Assembly: GCA_025449535.1 (NCBI GenBank)
Contig: JANWJF010000001.1
Span: 613,136-677,135 of the forward strand
Length of the DNA stretch: 64,000 nt
Direction: 5' to 3'
Source of the DNA: Candidatus Saccharimonadia bacterium
GTDB taxonomy: Bacteria > Patescibacteriota > SICC01
Part shown: positions 45,506 to 53,736 of the stretch, piece after piece
Position numbering within the stretch: position 1 is the stretch's first letter
Layout of the letters: every line of letters starts with the position of its first letter
The notes under the pieces: generated by a model
Database searches by the model: none
What the model was told of the DNA's origin: nothing
Seen by the model: only the letters and a program-made list of their open reading frames with translations
Program-made: the position numbers and the translations under genes

Positions 45506-45931
45506 ATGGCTGACGTCGCAACGCTCGTCGACGAATACCTCGCCGACACCATCCTGATGCAGCTGGCCACGACCGGCGGCGACGGTCCGTGGGCCTGCAC
45601 GGTCCATTACGTCCCGGACGCGGACCGGAACTTCTATTGGTTATCCCGGGAGGATCGGCGACACTCGCAGGAACTAGCGAAGGACCCGCGGGTCGCCGGC
45701 GTGATCGTGAAGCCACACGAGGTCGGCGAGAAGCCGCGCGGCATCCAGTTCGAGGGCACGGCGGAACGGGTTGCGGACGACGACGTGGAGCGCGTGCAGG
45801 GACTCTACAAGGACCGGTACGGCCGTGACGGTTTCCCGGACCATGTGTTTTACGTCGTGAAGCCGTCCCGGATCGTACTGTTCGACACCGTGAACTTCCC
45901 GGACGATCCGCAACAGGAGCTGAAGCCATGA
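45506..45931 (+). CDS. pyridoxamine 5'-phosphate oxidase family (FMN-binding split-barrel) protein
   Basis: 141 aa; …LATTGGDGPWACTVHYV… …NFYWLSRED… typical PNPOx-like fold signatures. Confidence 0.6.
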   Translation: MADVATLVDEYLADTILMQLATTGGDGPWACTVHYVPDADRNFYWLSREDRRHSQELAKDPRVAGVIVKPHEVGEKPRGIQFEGTAERVADDDVERVQGLYKDRYGRDGFPDHVFYVVKPSRIVLFDTVNFPDDPQQELKP

Positions 45932-47016
45932 ACGCGGACCAGGCCAGGAAGCCCGAGAAGATCCTCGTCGGGATGAGCGGCGGCGTCGATTCGTCCGTGG
46001 CCGCGGCACTGCTGAAGGAGGACGGCAACGACGTCACCGGTATCTATATGGACAACTGGTCCGACGCCTCGAACCTCCAAGGCCAAGGTTGTTCGACCTG
46101 GGCGCAGGACCGCACGGATGCGCTCAAGGTCGCCAAGGATCTCGGGATACCGTTCCGGACGGTCAGCTTCGAGAGCGAGTACAAGAAGACCGTCCTCGAT
46201 TATTTCTTCTCGGAGTACGCTGCCGGACGGACCCCGAACCCCGACGTGCTGTGTAATCGCGAGATCAAGTTCGGGATGCTGCTCCGCTGGGCCAAGGACC
46301 ATGGCTTCGACGCGGTGGCGACCGGCCACTACGCGCGGGTCGAGCGCTGCGAGGACCACAGCCACCTCTACAAGGGCGCCGATCCGGACAAGGACCAGAC
46401 GTACTTCCTGTCCCAGCTCTCACAAGAGCAGCTTTGGCACGCGGAATTCCCGCTCGGCGATTGGAAGAAGCCCGACGTCCGCCGCAAGGCCCAGAAGCTC
46501 GGGCTGCATGTGGCGGACAAGCCGGACAGCCAGGGACTCTGCTTCGTCGGGCAGATCGACCTCAAGGGGTTCCTCGAGCAGAAGATCGACGGCGAACCGG
46601 GCGACGTACGGACGCCGGACGGCGAGGTGGTCGGGCGGCACCATGGTGCGGCGTTCTACACGGTGGGCCAGCGGCGCGGCGTCGGCGTGGTGAAGCAGGT
46701 CCCGATGTACGTACTGAAGACGGACGTCGAGACGAACACCGTCACTGTCGGCTACGAAAAGGACCTCTACAAGGAGAAGATCGCCACGGAGCAGCCGCAC
46801 TGGGTGATCGGTGAGGAGCCGCCGGAGCTGTCGCGCGGCGAGTGGCGTTGCCAGGTGAGCATCCGCTACCGGATGCAGCCGGCTCCGGCCACGGTCCGGC
46901 GGACACTCAGTGGCCTGACGATCGAATTCGAGGAAGAGCAGCGCGGCCCGACGCCGGGCCAGTTCGCGGTGCTCTACGAGGACGACGAGTTAGTGGGGAG
47001 TGCGGTGATCCGGTAA
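45928..47016 (+). CDS. mnmA: tRNA-specific 2-thiouridylase
   Basis: 362 aa; PP-loop VGMSGGVDSSVAA, catalytic Cys context (CN…, C…), full-length match. Confidence 0.9.
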   Translation: MNADQARKPEKILVGMSGGVDSSVAAALLKEDGNDVTGIYMDNWSDASNLQGQGCSTWAQDRTDALKVAKDLGIPFRTVSFESEYKKTVLDYFFSEYAAGRTPNPDVLCNREIKFGMLLRWAKDHGFDAVATGHYARVERCEDHSHLYKGADPDKDQTYFLSQLSQEQLWHAEFPLGDWKKPDVRRKAQKLGLHVADKPDSQGLCFVGQIDLKGFLEQKIDGEPGDVRTPDGEVVGRHHGAAFYTVGQRRGVGVVKQVPMYVLKTDVETNTVTVGYEKDLYKEKIATEQPHWVIGEEPPELSRGEWRCQVSIRYRMQPAPATVRRTLSGLTIEFEEEQRGPTPGQFAVLYEDDELVGSAVIR

Positions 47017-47020
47017 CGTC

Positions 47021-47040
47021 ATTCCCGCGAAGGCGGGAAT
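47021..47040 (+). terminator. hairpin attcccgc-gaag-gcgggaat immediately after mnmA stop (no U-tract)
   Basis: 8-bp perfect stem seen 4 nt after TAA; second 10-bp hairpin at 47076..47098 (atcctcgggc-caa-gcccgaggat). Confidence 0.4.
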
Positions 47041-47125
47041 CGCGTCGATTATCGGATGCGTGTCCATTGCAGCTGATCCTCGGGCCAAGCCCGAGGATGA
47101 CGGACGTTTGTTAGGATAGGACCTG

Positions 47126-47446
47126 ATGGCTCGCAAGAAGCACGACTGCAACTGCAATGACTGCCCGCATAAGAAGCGCGGGGGTGACGGCACGGCCGGA
47201 TTCGCGATTGGTGCGGCGCTCGGGGCCGTGGCCGCGGGACTGATGGCGCCGCAAAAGGGCGAGAAGACCCGCAAGCAGGCCAAGGACAAATTCGAGGAAC
47301 TGACCCAGGGTCGCTCCGTCGACGAGATCGTGGCGCAGGTCCGGAAGGCCGCGGACGGCGTGATCGCGGACATCAAGGATGCTGCCGATGCCGGCAAGAA
47401 GGAAGCCGCCAAGGAGAAGCGGCGGATTCTGCGCGAAGACGAGTAG
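47126..47446 (+). CDS. YtxH-like (DUF948) protein with Cys-rich N-terminus
   Basis: 106 aa; GFAIGAALGAVAAGLMAPQKGEKTRKQAKDKFEEL matches YtxH pattern; N-terminal HDCNCNDCPH. Confidence 0.55.
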   Translation: MARKKHDCNCNDCPHKKRGGDGTAGFAIGAALGAVAAGLMAPQKGEKTRKQAKDKFEELTQGRSVDEIVAQVRKAADGVIADIKDAADAGKKEAAKEKRRILREDE

Positions 47447-47471
47447 CCGGAATAACGATAAGCTGGAAAGC

Positions 47472-49256
47472 ATGAAGGCGCCCGACATCCGGAACACGTT
47501 CCTGAAGTTCTTCGAGGAGCGCGGGCACGCGATCATCCCGAGTGCGCCGGTGGTGCCGCAGCACGATCCGACGGTCCTGTTCACGACCGCCGGGATGCAT
47601 CCCCTGGTGCCGTATTTGCTCGGCGAACCGCACCCGGCCGGGAAGCTCCTGGCGGACGTCCAGAAGTGCGTCCGGACCAGCGACATCGACGAGGTCGGCG
47701 ACCTCACGCACCTGACGTTCTTCGAGATGCTCGGCAACTGGTCGCTCGGCGACTACTTCAAGGAAGACGCGATTGCATGGAGCTGGGAACTGCTGACCTC
47801 GAAGGACAAGGGGTTCGGGTTGGATCCCGACAAGCTCGCCGTCTCCTGCTTCAAGGGAGACGACGACGCGCCCAAGGACGAGGAGGCTGCGAAGCTCTGG
47901 GAGGCCCAGGGCGTCCCGAAGGAGCGGATCTTCTTCTACGGCAAGGACGACAACTGGTGGGGACCGGCCGGTGAGGCCGGCCCATGCGGTCCGGACACCG
48001 AGATCTTCTACTGGATCGGCGAAGGGAAACCGGAGCTGAAGCCCGGTCCGGCCGAGGACGACCAACGCTGGGTCGAGATCTGGAACAACGTGTTCATGCA
48101 GTACGAGAAGACGGCGGGTGGTACGTTCGAGCCGCTGGCACAGAAGAACGTGGATACCGGCATGGGTCTCGAGCGGCTCGCGGTGATCCTGCAGGGGAAG
48201 AAGGACATCTACGAGACGGATTTATTTTCTCCGGTCGTCGATAAAATCCGGAAGCTTTCGAACGTAAACGAGCCGGACGAACGCGCGGAACGAATCATCG
48301 CGGATCACCTGAAAGCCGCGACGTTCATGATCGCGGATGGCGTGAGGCCGTCGAACACGGACCAGGGATACATCTTGCGGCGATTGATCCGCCGCGCGGT
48401 TCGGCAAGCGCGTTTGTTGAAGATCGAGTATCCCTTTAGCGAATCCGTCGCGGAGACGGTCGTGTCGGAATTCAAAGACGCATATCCGGAGCTGGACCGC
48501 GAAGCGAAGACTATTCGCGAGGAGCTTTTAAAGGAAGAAGAAAAGTTCAGTAGAACTTTAGAAAAAGGACTCCGCTATCTACAAGAATTAGTCCAGAAAA
48601 ATGGACAGAAAATTACAGGCTTAGATGCCCATCATCTTTTTGAGACGTACGGTTTTCCATTAGAGCTCTCGCTAGAAGAAATTTTTAAGGATTCTGAGAA
48701 AGAAAATTCGAAAACTTTCGAAAAAGAATTTCAAAAAGCCAAAAAAGAGCACCAAGAAAAATCCCGCGCCGGATCAAAGCAGAAGTTTACGGGCGGGCTG
48801 GCCGACCATTCCGAGAAGGTCGTCCGGCAGCACACGGCCACGCACCTGCTGCTGGCAGCACTCCGCGACGTACTCGGTGACCACGTGAAGCAGCGAGGCA
48901 GCAACATCACCGCGGAGCGGTTGCGGTTCGACTTCTCGCATCCGGAGAAACTCACCGACGAGCAGCGGAACCAGGTCGAGGCGCTGGTCAACGAGTGGAT
49001 CCGCGAGGACCTACCGGTCACGCGTAAGGAGATGCCGCTCGCGGAAGCCGAGCGCATCGGCGCCCAGATGGAGTTCGGGCACAAGTATCCGGACACCGTG
49101 TCCGTCTACTTCGTCGGCGATCCGGCGGAAGCGCGGTCGATCGAGTTCTGTGGCGGGCCGCACGTGGAACGCACCGGCGAGATCGGCACGTTCAAGCTGA
49201 AGAAGCAGGAATCGGTCGGCGCCGGCGTGCGGCGGATCAAGGCCGTCGTCGAATAG
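47472..49256 (+). CDS. alaS: alanine--tRNA ligase (C-terminally truncated form lacking C-Ala domain)
   Basis: Start at ATG 47472 (MKAPDIRNTFLKFFEERGH…); class II aaRS motifs; editing-domain zinc ligands HTATHLL and CGGPHV present; ends right after editing domain; ORF-track N-extension from 47379 overlaps ytxH-like gene and is rejected. Confidence 0.85.
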   Translation: MKAPDIRNTFLKFFEERGHAIIPSAPVVPQHDPTVLFTTAGMHPLVPYLLGEPHPAGKLLADVQKCVRTSDIDEVGDLTHLTFFEMLGNWSLGDYFKEDAIAWSWELLTSKDKGFGLDPDKLAVSCFKGDDDAPKDEEAAKLWEAQGVPKERIFFYGKDDNWWGPAGEAGPCGPDTEIFYWIGEGKPELKPGPAEDDQRWVEIWNNVFMQYEKTAGGTFEPLAQKNVDTGMGLERLAVILQGKKDIYETDLFSPVVDKIRKLSNVNEPDERAERIIADHLKAATFMIADGVRPSNTDQGYILRRLIRRAVRQARLLKIEYPFSESVAETVVSEFKDAYPELDREAKTIREELLKEEEKFSRTLEKGLRYLQELVQKNGQKITGLDAHHLFETYGFPLELSLEEIFKDSEKENSKTFEKEFQKAKKEHQEKSRAGSKQKFTGGLADHSEKVVRQHTATHLLLAALRDVLGDHVKQRGSNITAERLRFDFSHPEKLTDEQRNQVEALVNEWIREDLPVTRKEMPLAEAERIGAQMEFGHKYPDTVSVYFVGDPAEARSIEFCGGPHVERTGEIGTFKLKKQESVGAGVRRIKAVVE

Positions 49257-49361
49257 CCAGTCATTCCGTGCCGGTGTATGGTAAGGGGTCTTCCCGCAGG
49301 ACTTCGCAGTGCGGCAGTTCGGGAAGCACCGCCCTTTAGAATCGACGGAAGGAGCATCATC

Positions 49362-49766
49362 GTGGCAAGCGCTACGTCGGCAACCCCGACCGCGGTAGAG
49401 GTCCGTTTGGCCGCCCAGATCGAGCATCAGGACGAGCATCCGGTCATCAAGGTCGACGAAGCCATCGCGCGCGGCGTCAGTCTCGCGGACCTCGGTCTCT
49501 CCTATGAGCGGCTGTGCGCGGCAAGACTCAGCTTCGTCCAGGATGCGATGTCGACCTTTCTACTCGATGATTCGGACGAGCGTCTCACGGCCCGGGCCTT
49601 GGCCTACCTTGAGGTCGGCGCAGTCGACCTGAAAAAGGTATCGGTTCGCGCCGCGGACAGGGAGACCCTCCAGGTCTACCTGGACGAGAAGGATTGGGAC
49701 GACCCCGACTCCCGTTCCGAACTGGAGATCGTCGAAAAGGCATTCAAGGACTCCCAGCCGGAGTGA
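49362..49766 (+). CDS. hypothetical acidic protein (~134 aa)
   Basis: GTG start at 49362 preceded by SD GGAAGGAG; no recognised domain; ORF-track start 49278 lacks RBS. Confidence 0.4.
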   Translation: MASATSATPTAVEVRLAAQIEHQDEHPVIKVDEAIARGVSLADLGLSYERLCAARLSFVQDAMSTFLLDDSDERLTARALAYLEVGAVDLKKVSVRAADRETLQVYLDEKDWDDPDSRSELEIVEKAFKDSQPE

Positions 49767-49786
49767 TGCCGATCACGCAGGGCGTC

Positions 49787-49813
49787 GCGCCCCGACATTC
49801 CATGTCGGGGCGC
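49787..49813. terminator. bidirectional hairpin terminator (12-bp perfect stem gcgccccgacat/atgtcggggcgc, loop tcc) between convergent genes
   Basis: Seen between stop at 49766 (+) and stop at 49824 (-). Confidence 0.55.
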
Positions 49814-49823
49814 TTCGACGTGG

Positions 49824-50177
49824 CTATGCCTCGTGATGCGACTCCGACGCTGCCGCCGGGGTCCATCCGGCTGCCTCGAACAGATGATACGCACTCTCCG
49901 ATTCCGCGGCGACCGCCAACTCCCGGCCCCATTCTTGCAAGGCGGTCAAGTCGGGCAGTCCGTCGCGTCCGTCCCGGCCGCTGAATAGCGCATCCCGATA
50001 GAAGACGGCCGCAGACTCGACGGCTCGCCGGGCGGAACCGTCCTCGTTGCCTGTTTCTAGCGCGTCGGCTGCCGCCCGCAATGATCGCCGGAGGTGTCCG
50101 GCCGCCTTGCGGACGCCGTATTCATCCGTGCTCGGGAATAGGGACGGGTCCTCGGCGTCCATCGGGATTTCGGCCAT
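49824..50177 (-). CDS. hypothetical acidic protein (117 aa)
   Basis: ORF convergent with previous gene; Ala/Glu/Asp-rich; no recognised domain. Confidence 0.35.
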   Translation of the reverse strand: MAEIPMDAEDPSLFPSTDEYGVRKAAGHLRRSLRAAADALETGNEDGSARRAVESAAVFYRDALFSGRDGRDGLPDLTALQEWGRELAVAAESESAYHLFEAAGWTPAAASESHHEA

Positions 50178-50317
50178 GAAGCGAGCATACCACAGGCCTT
50201 GGGTTTTAATAAGTTAACCAAGGAAAAAACGCCTACACCGCGGCGCCGGATCACTCCCACCCGGGACGGCCGGACCCGCTGCTACAATGGACGGGTGACT
50301 CTGCAAAATCCACACGA

Positions 50318-51595
50318 TTGATGGGAATTCTCGACAAGGTCGGTTCGGTGTTCGCCGGTTCGGCGCGGGACACGCTGGCCAATTACTTCATCGCCTTGGA
50401 CATCGGCACCGAATTCGTGAAAGTGCTGGTCTGCGAGATCGTCGAGGGCCGGGCGGTGGTGATCGGCTCCGGCCGCCAGCGCCAGCGGCTGGGGGACATG
50501 CAGGGCGGCGCCGTCACCGACATCGGCGGTGTGATCGAGAACTGCGAGAAGGCGTTGGACCGGGCGCAGCGAATGGCCGGCGTGATGCCGGAGCAGGTCG
50601 TGATGGGCATCGCCGGCGAGCTGGTGAAGGGTGCCACCACGACCGTCCACTACGAACGCGCCAAGCCGGACACCAAGATCGACCTCACCGAGCTCAAGAA
50701 CATCGTCCACAAGGTGCAGTGGAAGGCGTTCGACCAGGTCCGGCAGCAGCTGGCCTGGGAGACCGGCCACTCCGAGATCGACGTGAAGCTGGTGAACGCG
50801 GCGATCGTCGACGTGCGGATCGATGGCTACCGGGTCACCAACCCGGTCGGCTTCCAGGGCAAGGACGTGACGATCGGAATCTTCAACGCGTTCGCGCCGC
50901 TGGTCCACCTGACGGCGCTGCAGGCGATCCCCGAGGAACTCGGCCTGGACCTGCTCTCGATCGCGGCGGAGCCGTACGCGGTGGCGCGCTGCCTCGGCAT
51001 CGAGGACAGCTCAGAATTCTCGGCGATCTTCGTCGACATCGGCGGTGGCACCACCGACGTGGCCGTCGTGAACAACGGCGGCGTGGTCGGGACGAAGATG
51101 TTCGCGCTCGGCGGCCGCACCTTCACCCGGCGGCTGGCCCAGTCGCTGCATGCGCCGTTCGACAAGGCCGAGGAGACCAAGCTCGCGTACACCAGCAAGT
51201 TGCTCGACCAGCCGTCCACCAAGATCGTGAAGGACGCGGTGGCGGCGGACGCCGAAGTCTGGCTGTCCGGCGTCCAACTGACGCTTTCCGAGTTCGGTAA
51301 CCTTGACCTGCTGCCAGCCCGGATCCTGCTCTGCGGCGGCGGCTCGGAACTGCCGGAGATTTCGAAGGTGCTTGGCGGCGCCAAGTGGTACAAGCAGTTG
51401 CCGTTCGCCAAGAAGCCGTCGGTCAGCTTCATCCGCCCGGAGGATATCCCCAACGTGAAGGACCAGACCCGCAGTCTGACCGGGCCGCAGGACGTGACCC
51501 CCATGGCTCTGGCGAATCTGGCGCTGGACCTGGCCGGGCCCGAAGAACTGTTACCATCGATACTACGACGCGCCGTTAAGGCGATGACCACCTAA
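50318..51595 (+). CDS. ftsA: cell division protein FtsA (actin-like ATPase)
   Basis: 425 aa; IALDIGTEFVKVLV phosphate-1, VDIGGGTTDVAV phosphate-2, LCGGGSELPEI adenosine motif; FtsA-like subdomain arrangement. Confidence 0.8.
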   Translation: MMGILDKVGSVFAGSARDTLANYFIALDIGTEFVKVLVCEIVEGRAVVIGSGRQRQRLGDMQGGAVTDIGGVIENCEKALDRAQRMAGVMPEQVVMGIAGELVKGATTTVHYERAKPDTKIDLTELKNIVHKVQWKAFDQVRQQLAWETGHSEIDVKLVNAAIVDVRIDGYRVTNPVGFQGKDVTIGIFNAFAPLVHLTALQAIPEELGLDLLSIAAEPYAVARCLGIEDSSEFSAIFVDIGGGTTDVAVVNNGGVVGTKMFALGGRTFTRRLAQSLHAPFDKAEETKLAYTSKLLDQPSTKIVKDAVAADAEVWLSGVQLTLSEFGNLDLLPARILLCGGGSELPEISKVLGGAKWYKQLPFAKKPSVSFIRPEDIPNVKDQTRSLTGPQDVTPMALANLALDLAGPEELLPSILRRAVKAMTT

Positions 51596-51601
51596 ACCCA
51601 C

Positions 51602-53374
51602 ATGAAAGCGATCTATCTCGAGCCAGATGAGGAAATCACCAGCGTCGTCGACCGCCTGCGGGAACTCGACGACAAGGAGGTGGCGATCGTGGTGCCCAAA
51701 CGGGCGGCCTTGCTCCAGAGCATCGTGAACCTGAAGCTCCTGCGCTTTCAGGCCGAGCAGCAGGGCAAGCGGATCAACATCGTCACCACGGACAAGACCG
51801 GCCGCAACCTGGCCTCGGCGATCGGCCTGACGGTCCATCAGAAGATGCCGGAGAAGGGACAGGCGGTGAAGGAGTCCGCGGTCCGCGAGGAAGCCGCGCC
51901 GGTCGAGATCAACTACAAGCAACGGCCGCCGAAGGAGCCGCAGAAGCCGTCCGACGAGCCGTCCGGCGTGGACATCGGTTACAAGAAGGGCAAGGGGCCG
52001 GAACTCGTGAAGCACGAGGTACGGACGCCGCCGCCCGCGCCGGAACCGGAACCCGAAACGCCGGAACCAGCGGCCGCGCCGGTCGCGAAGGAGACGCCGC
52101 CGGAACCGACCGCCAAGGAAGGCCCGCGCTTCACCGTGCCGAAACCCAAGGTCTCCAAGCCGAAGGTCTCGCTCCCCAGGGCCTCGTTGCCGTCGATCCG
52201 CTTGCCGAAACTCGGCGGGATCGGGCGCAAGGGGCCGGTGGCGATCGCGATCGCCCTGGTCGTCCTGCTGACGGGCGGCACCGCCGCCGCGGTCGTGTTG
52301 CCGCAGGCCACCGTGACGATCGTCCCGAAGACGGACCCGCTCAAGGCCGAGATCCCGGTCCGGTTCTCGACCACCGCGCCGCGCCTGGACGCCAAGGACA
52401 ACATCGTTCCCGCCAAGAGGATCGAGGTCACCAAGCAGGGCTCGCTGACGGCCGAGGCGACCGGCCGGTCCCTCGGCGGCGAGCCGGCTCGCGGCGAGAT
52501 CACCGTCGTCAATGAATTGAACCGCAACCAGCCGCTGGTGGTCCGGACGCGCTTCCAATCGCCGGACGGCAAGGTGTTCCGGGCCCAGTCCGGCATCGTC
52601 GTGCCGGCCGGCGGCACCACCACGGTCCAGGTCGTGGCGGACGAAGGCGGCACCGACGGGAATATCAAGAAGGGTGCCCGTTTGTCGATCCCGGGCCTGC
52701 GCAGCACCACCGCCGTCTACGGCCAGGTGGACAAGAACCTGTCCGGCGGCACCGCGGCCGACGACACCACGATCTCCGACGGGGACGTGGATCGGGCCAA
52801 GGCCCGGCTGGGAGTCCGGCTGGCAGAGGACGGCTTGGCCGACGCCAAGAAGAAGCTGCCGGTGGGCTCTACCCTGAACCCCGAAGTGGCGGCGATCTCC
52901 GTGCTCTCCTCGTCCGCCTCGCCGGGAACGGGGACGGCGGCCAAGCGGTTCACCGTGAAGGGCACCGTCCGGATCACGTACTTCGCGTACGACGAGCAGG
53001 ACCTGGAACGGGTGGTGGAGGAAGACCTCAAGGCGAAGGTGCCCGGCGGCACGACGCTGGTCCAGCAGCGTGACGAGCGGTTCGCCGTCCGGGAGAGCTC
53101 GGACGAGGAACTGAACACCCTGCTGATCGTCGACACCTTCACCGCGCCGGGCCTTTCCAAGGAGGACGTGGCCGAGGAGATCGCCGGCAAGTCGCCCAAG
53201 GAGGCCCGGCGGATTATCACCGCGGAGGGCCAGGCCACGGACGTGACGATCAAGCTGTCTCCGTTCTGGGTCCGTTCGGTCCCCGGGGACACCGGCAAGA
53301 TAGACATCCGGTTCAGCGCCGACCCGGGCGCCTCGCCGGGTCCGACCGCTAAGCCGGCCGTGACGCCGCGATGA
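51602..53374 (+). CDS. bitopic membrane protein of unknown function encoded immediately downstream of ftsA (cytoplasmic N-domain, Pro-rich linker, single TM, large extracytoplasmic domain)
   Basis: 590 aa; N-domain MKAIYLEPDEEITSVVDRLRELDDKEVAIVVPKR…; linker PPPAPEPEPETPEPAAAPVAKETPPEP and KPKVSKPKVSLPRASLP; TM GPVAIAIALVVLLTGGTAAAVVL; no recognised family. Confidence 0.5.
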   Translation: MKAIYLEPDEEITSVVDRLRELDDKEVAIVVPKRAALLQSIVNLKLLRFQAEQQGKRINIVTTDKTGRNLASAIGLTVHQKMPEKGQAVKESAVREEAAPVEINYKQRPPKEPQKPSDEPSGVDIGYKKGKGPELVKHEVRTPPPAPEPEPETPEPAAAPVAKETPPEPTAKEGPRFTVPKPKVSKPKVSLPRASLPSIRLPKLGGIGRKGPVAIAIALVVLLTGGTAAAVVLPQATVTIVPKTDPLKAEIPVRFSTTAPRLDAKDNIVPAKRIEVTKQGSLTAEATGRSLGGEPARGEITVVNELNRNQPLVVRTRFQSPDGKVFRAQSGIVVPAGGTTTVQVVADEGGTDGNIKKGARLSIPGLRSTTAVYGQVDKNLSGGTAADDTTISDGDVDRAKARLGVRLAEDGLADAKKKLPVGSTLNPEVAAISVLSSSASPGTGTAAKRFTVKGTVRITYFAYDEQDLERVVEEDLKAKVPGGTTLVQQRDERFAVRESSDEELNTLLIVDTFTAPGLSKEDVAEEIAGKSPKEARRIITAEGQATDVTIKLSPFWVRSVPGDTGKIDIRFSADPGASPGPTAKPAVTPR

Positions 53375-53736
53375 AGGTCGTCGGTATAGACCTGGGGTCC
53401 GCCCGCAGCGGCCTGGCCGTATCGGACGAGCACGGCATGGTCGCCCGTCCGCTGAAGACGGTCCCGACGGACCGGCTGGCGGAAGAACTGCGCGGCCTGG
53501 CGCGGGACGGCGCCTCGCGGTTCGTGGTGGGTCGGCCGCGGTCCCTGGACGGTTCGCTGGGCAAGCAGGCGGAGTGGGTCGACGCCCAGGTGGAGCGCTT
53601 GAAGACGGCCGTTCCCGGGACCTACGAGTACGAGGACGAGACCGGCACGACCGCGGAAGCCGCGGCCCAGGGGGACGGCAGCGATGCCGGAGCCGCCCGG
53701 GTAATCCTGCAAGGGTATCTCGATGCCCGATCCTGA
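53371..53736 (+). CDS. ruvX: Holliday junction resolvase-like RNase RuvX (YqgF)
   Basis: 121 aa; MKVVGIDLGSARSGLAVSD RNase H-like N-terminus. Confidence 0.85.
   Translation: MKVVGIDLGSARSGLAVSDEHGMVARPLKTVPTDRLAEELRGLARDGASRFVVGRPRSLDGSLGKQAEWVDAQVERLKTAVPGTYEYEDETGTTAEAAAQGDGSDAGAARVILQGYLDARS

Noticed and set aside
47379-47471. N-terminal extension of alaS
   Set aside because: Overlaps the YtxH-like gene end. The canonical AlaRS N-terminus (MKAPDIRNTFLKFFEERGH) begins at ATG 47472 with an upstream GGAAAG.
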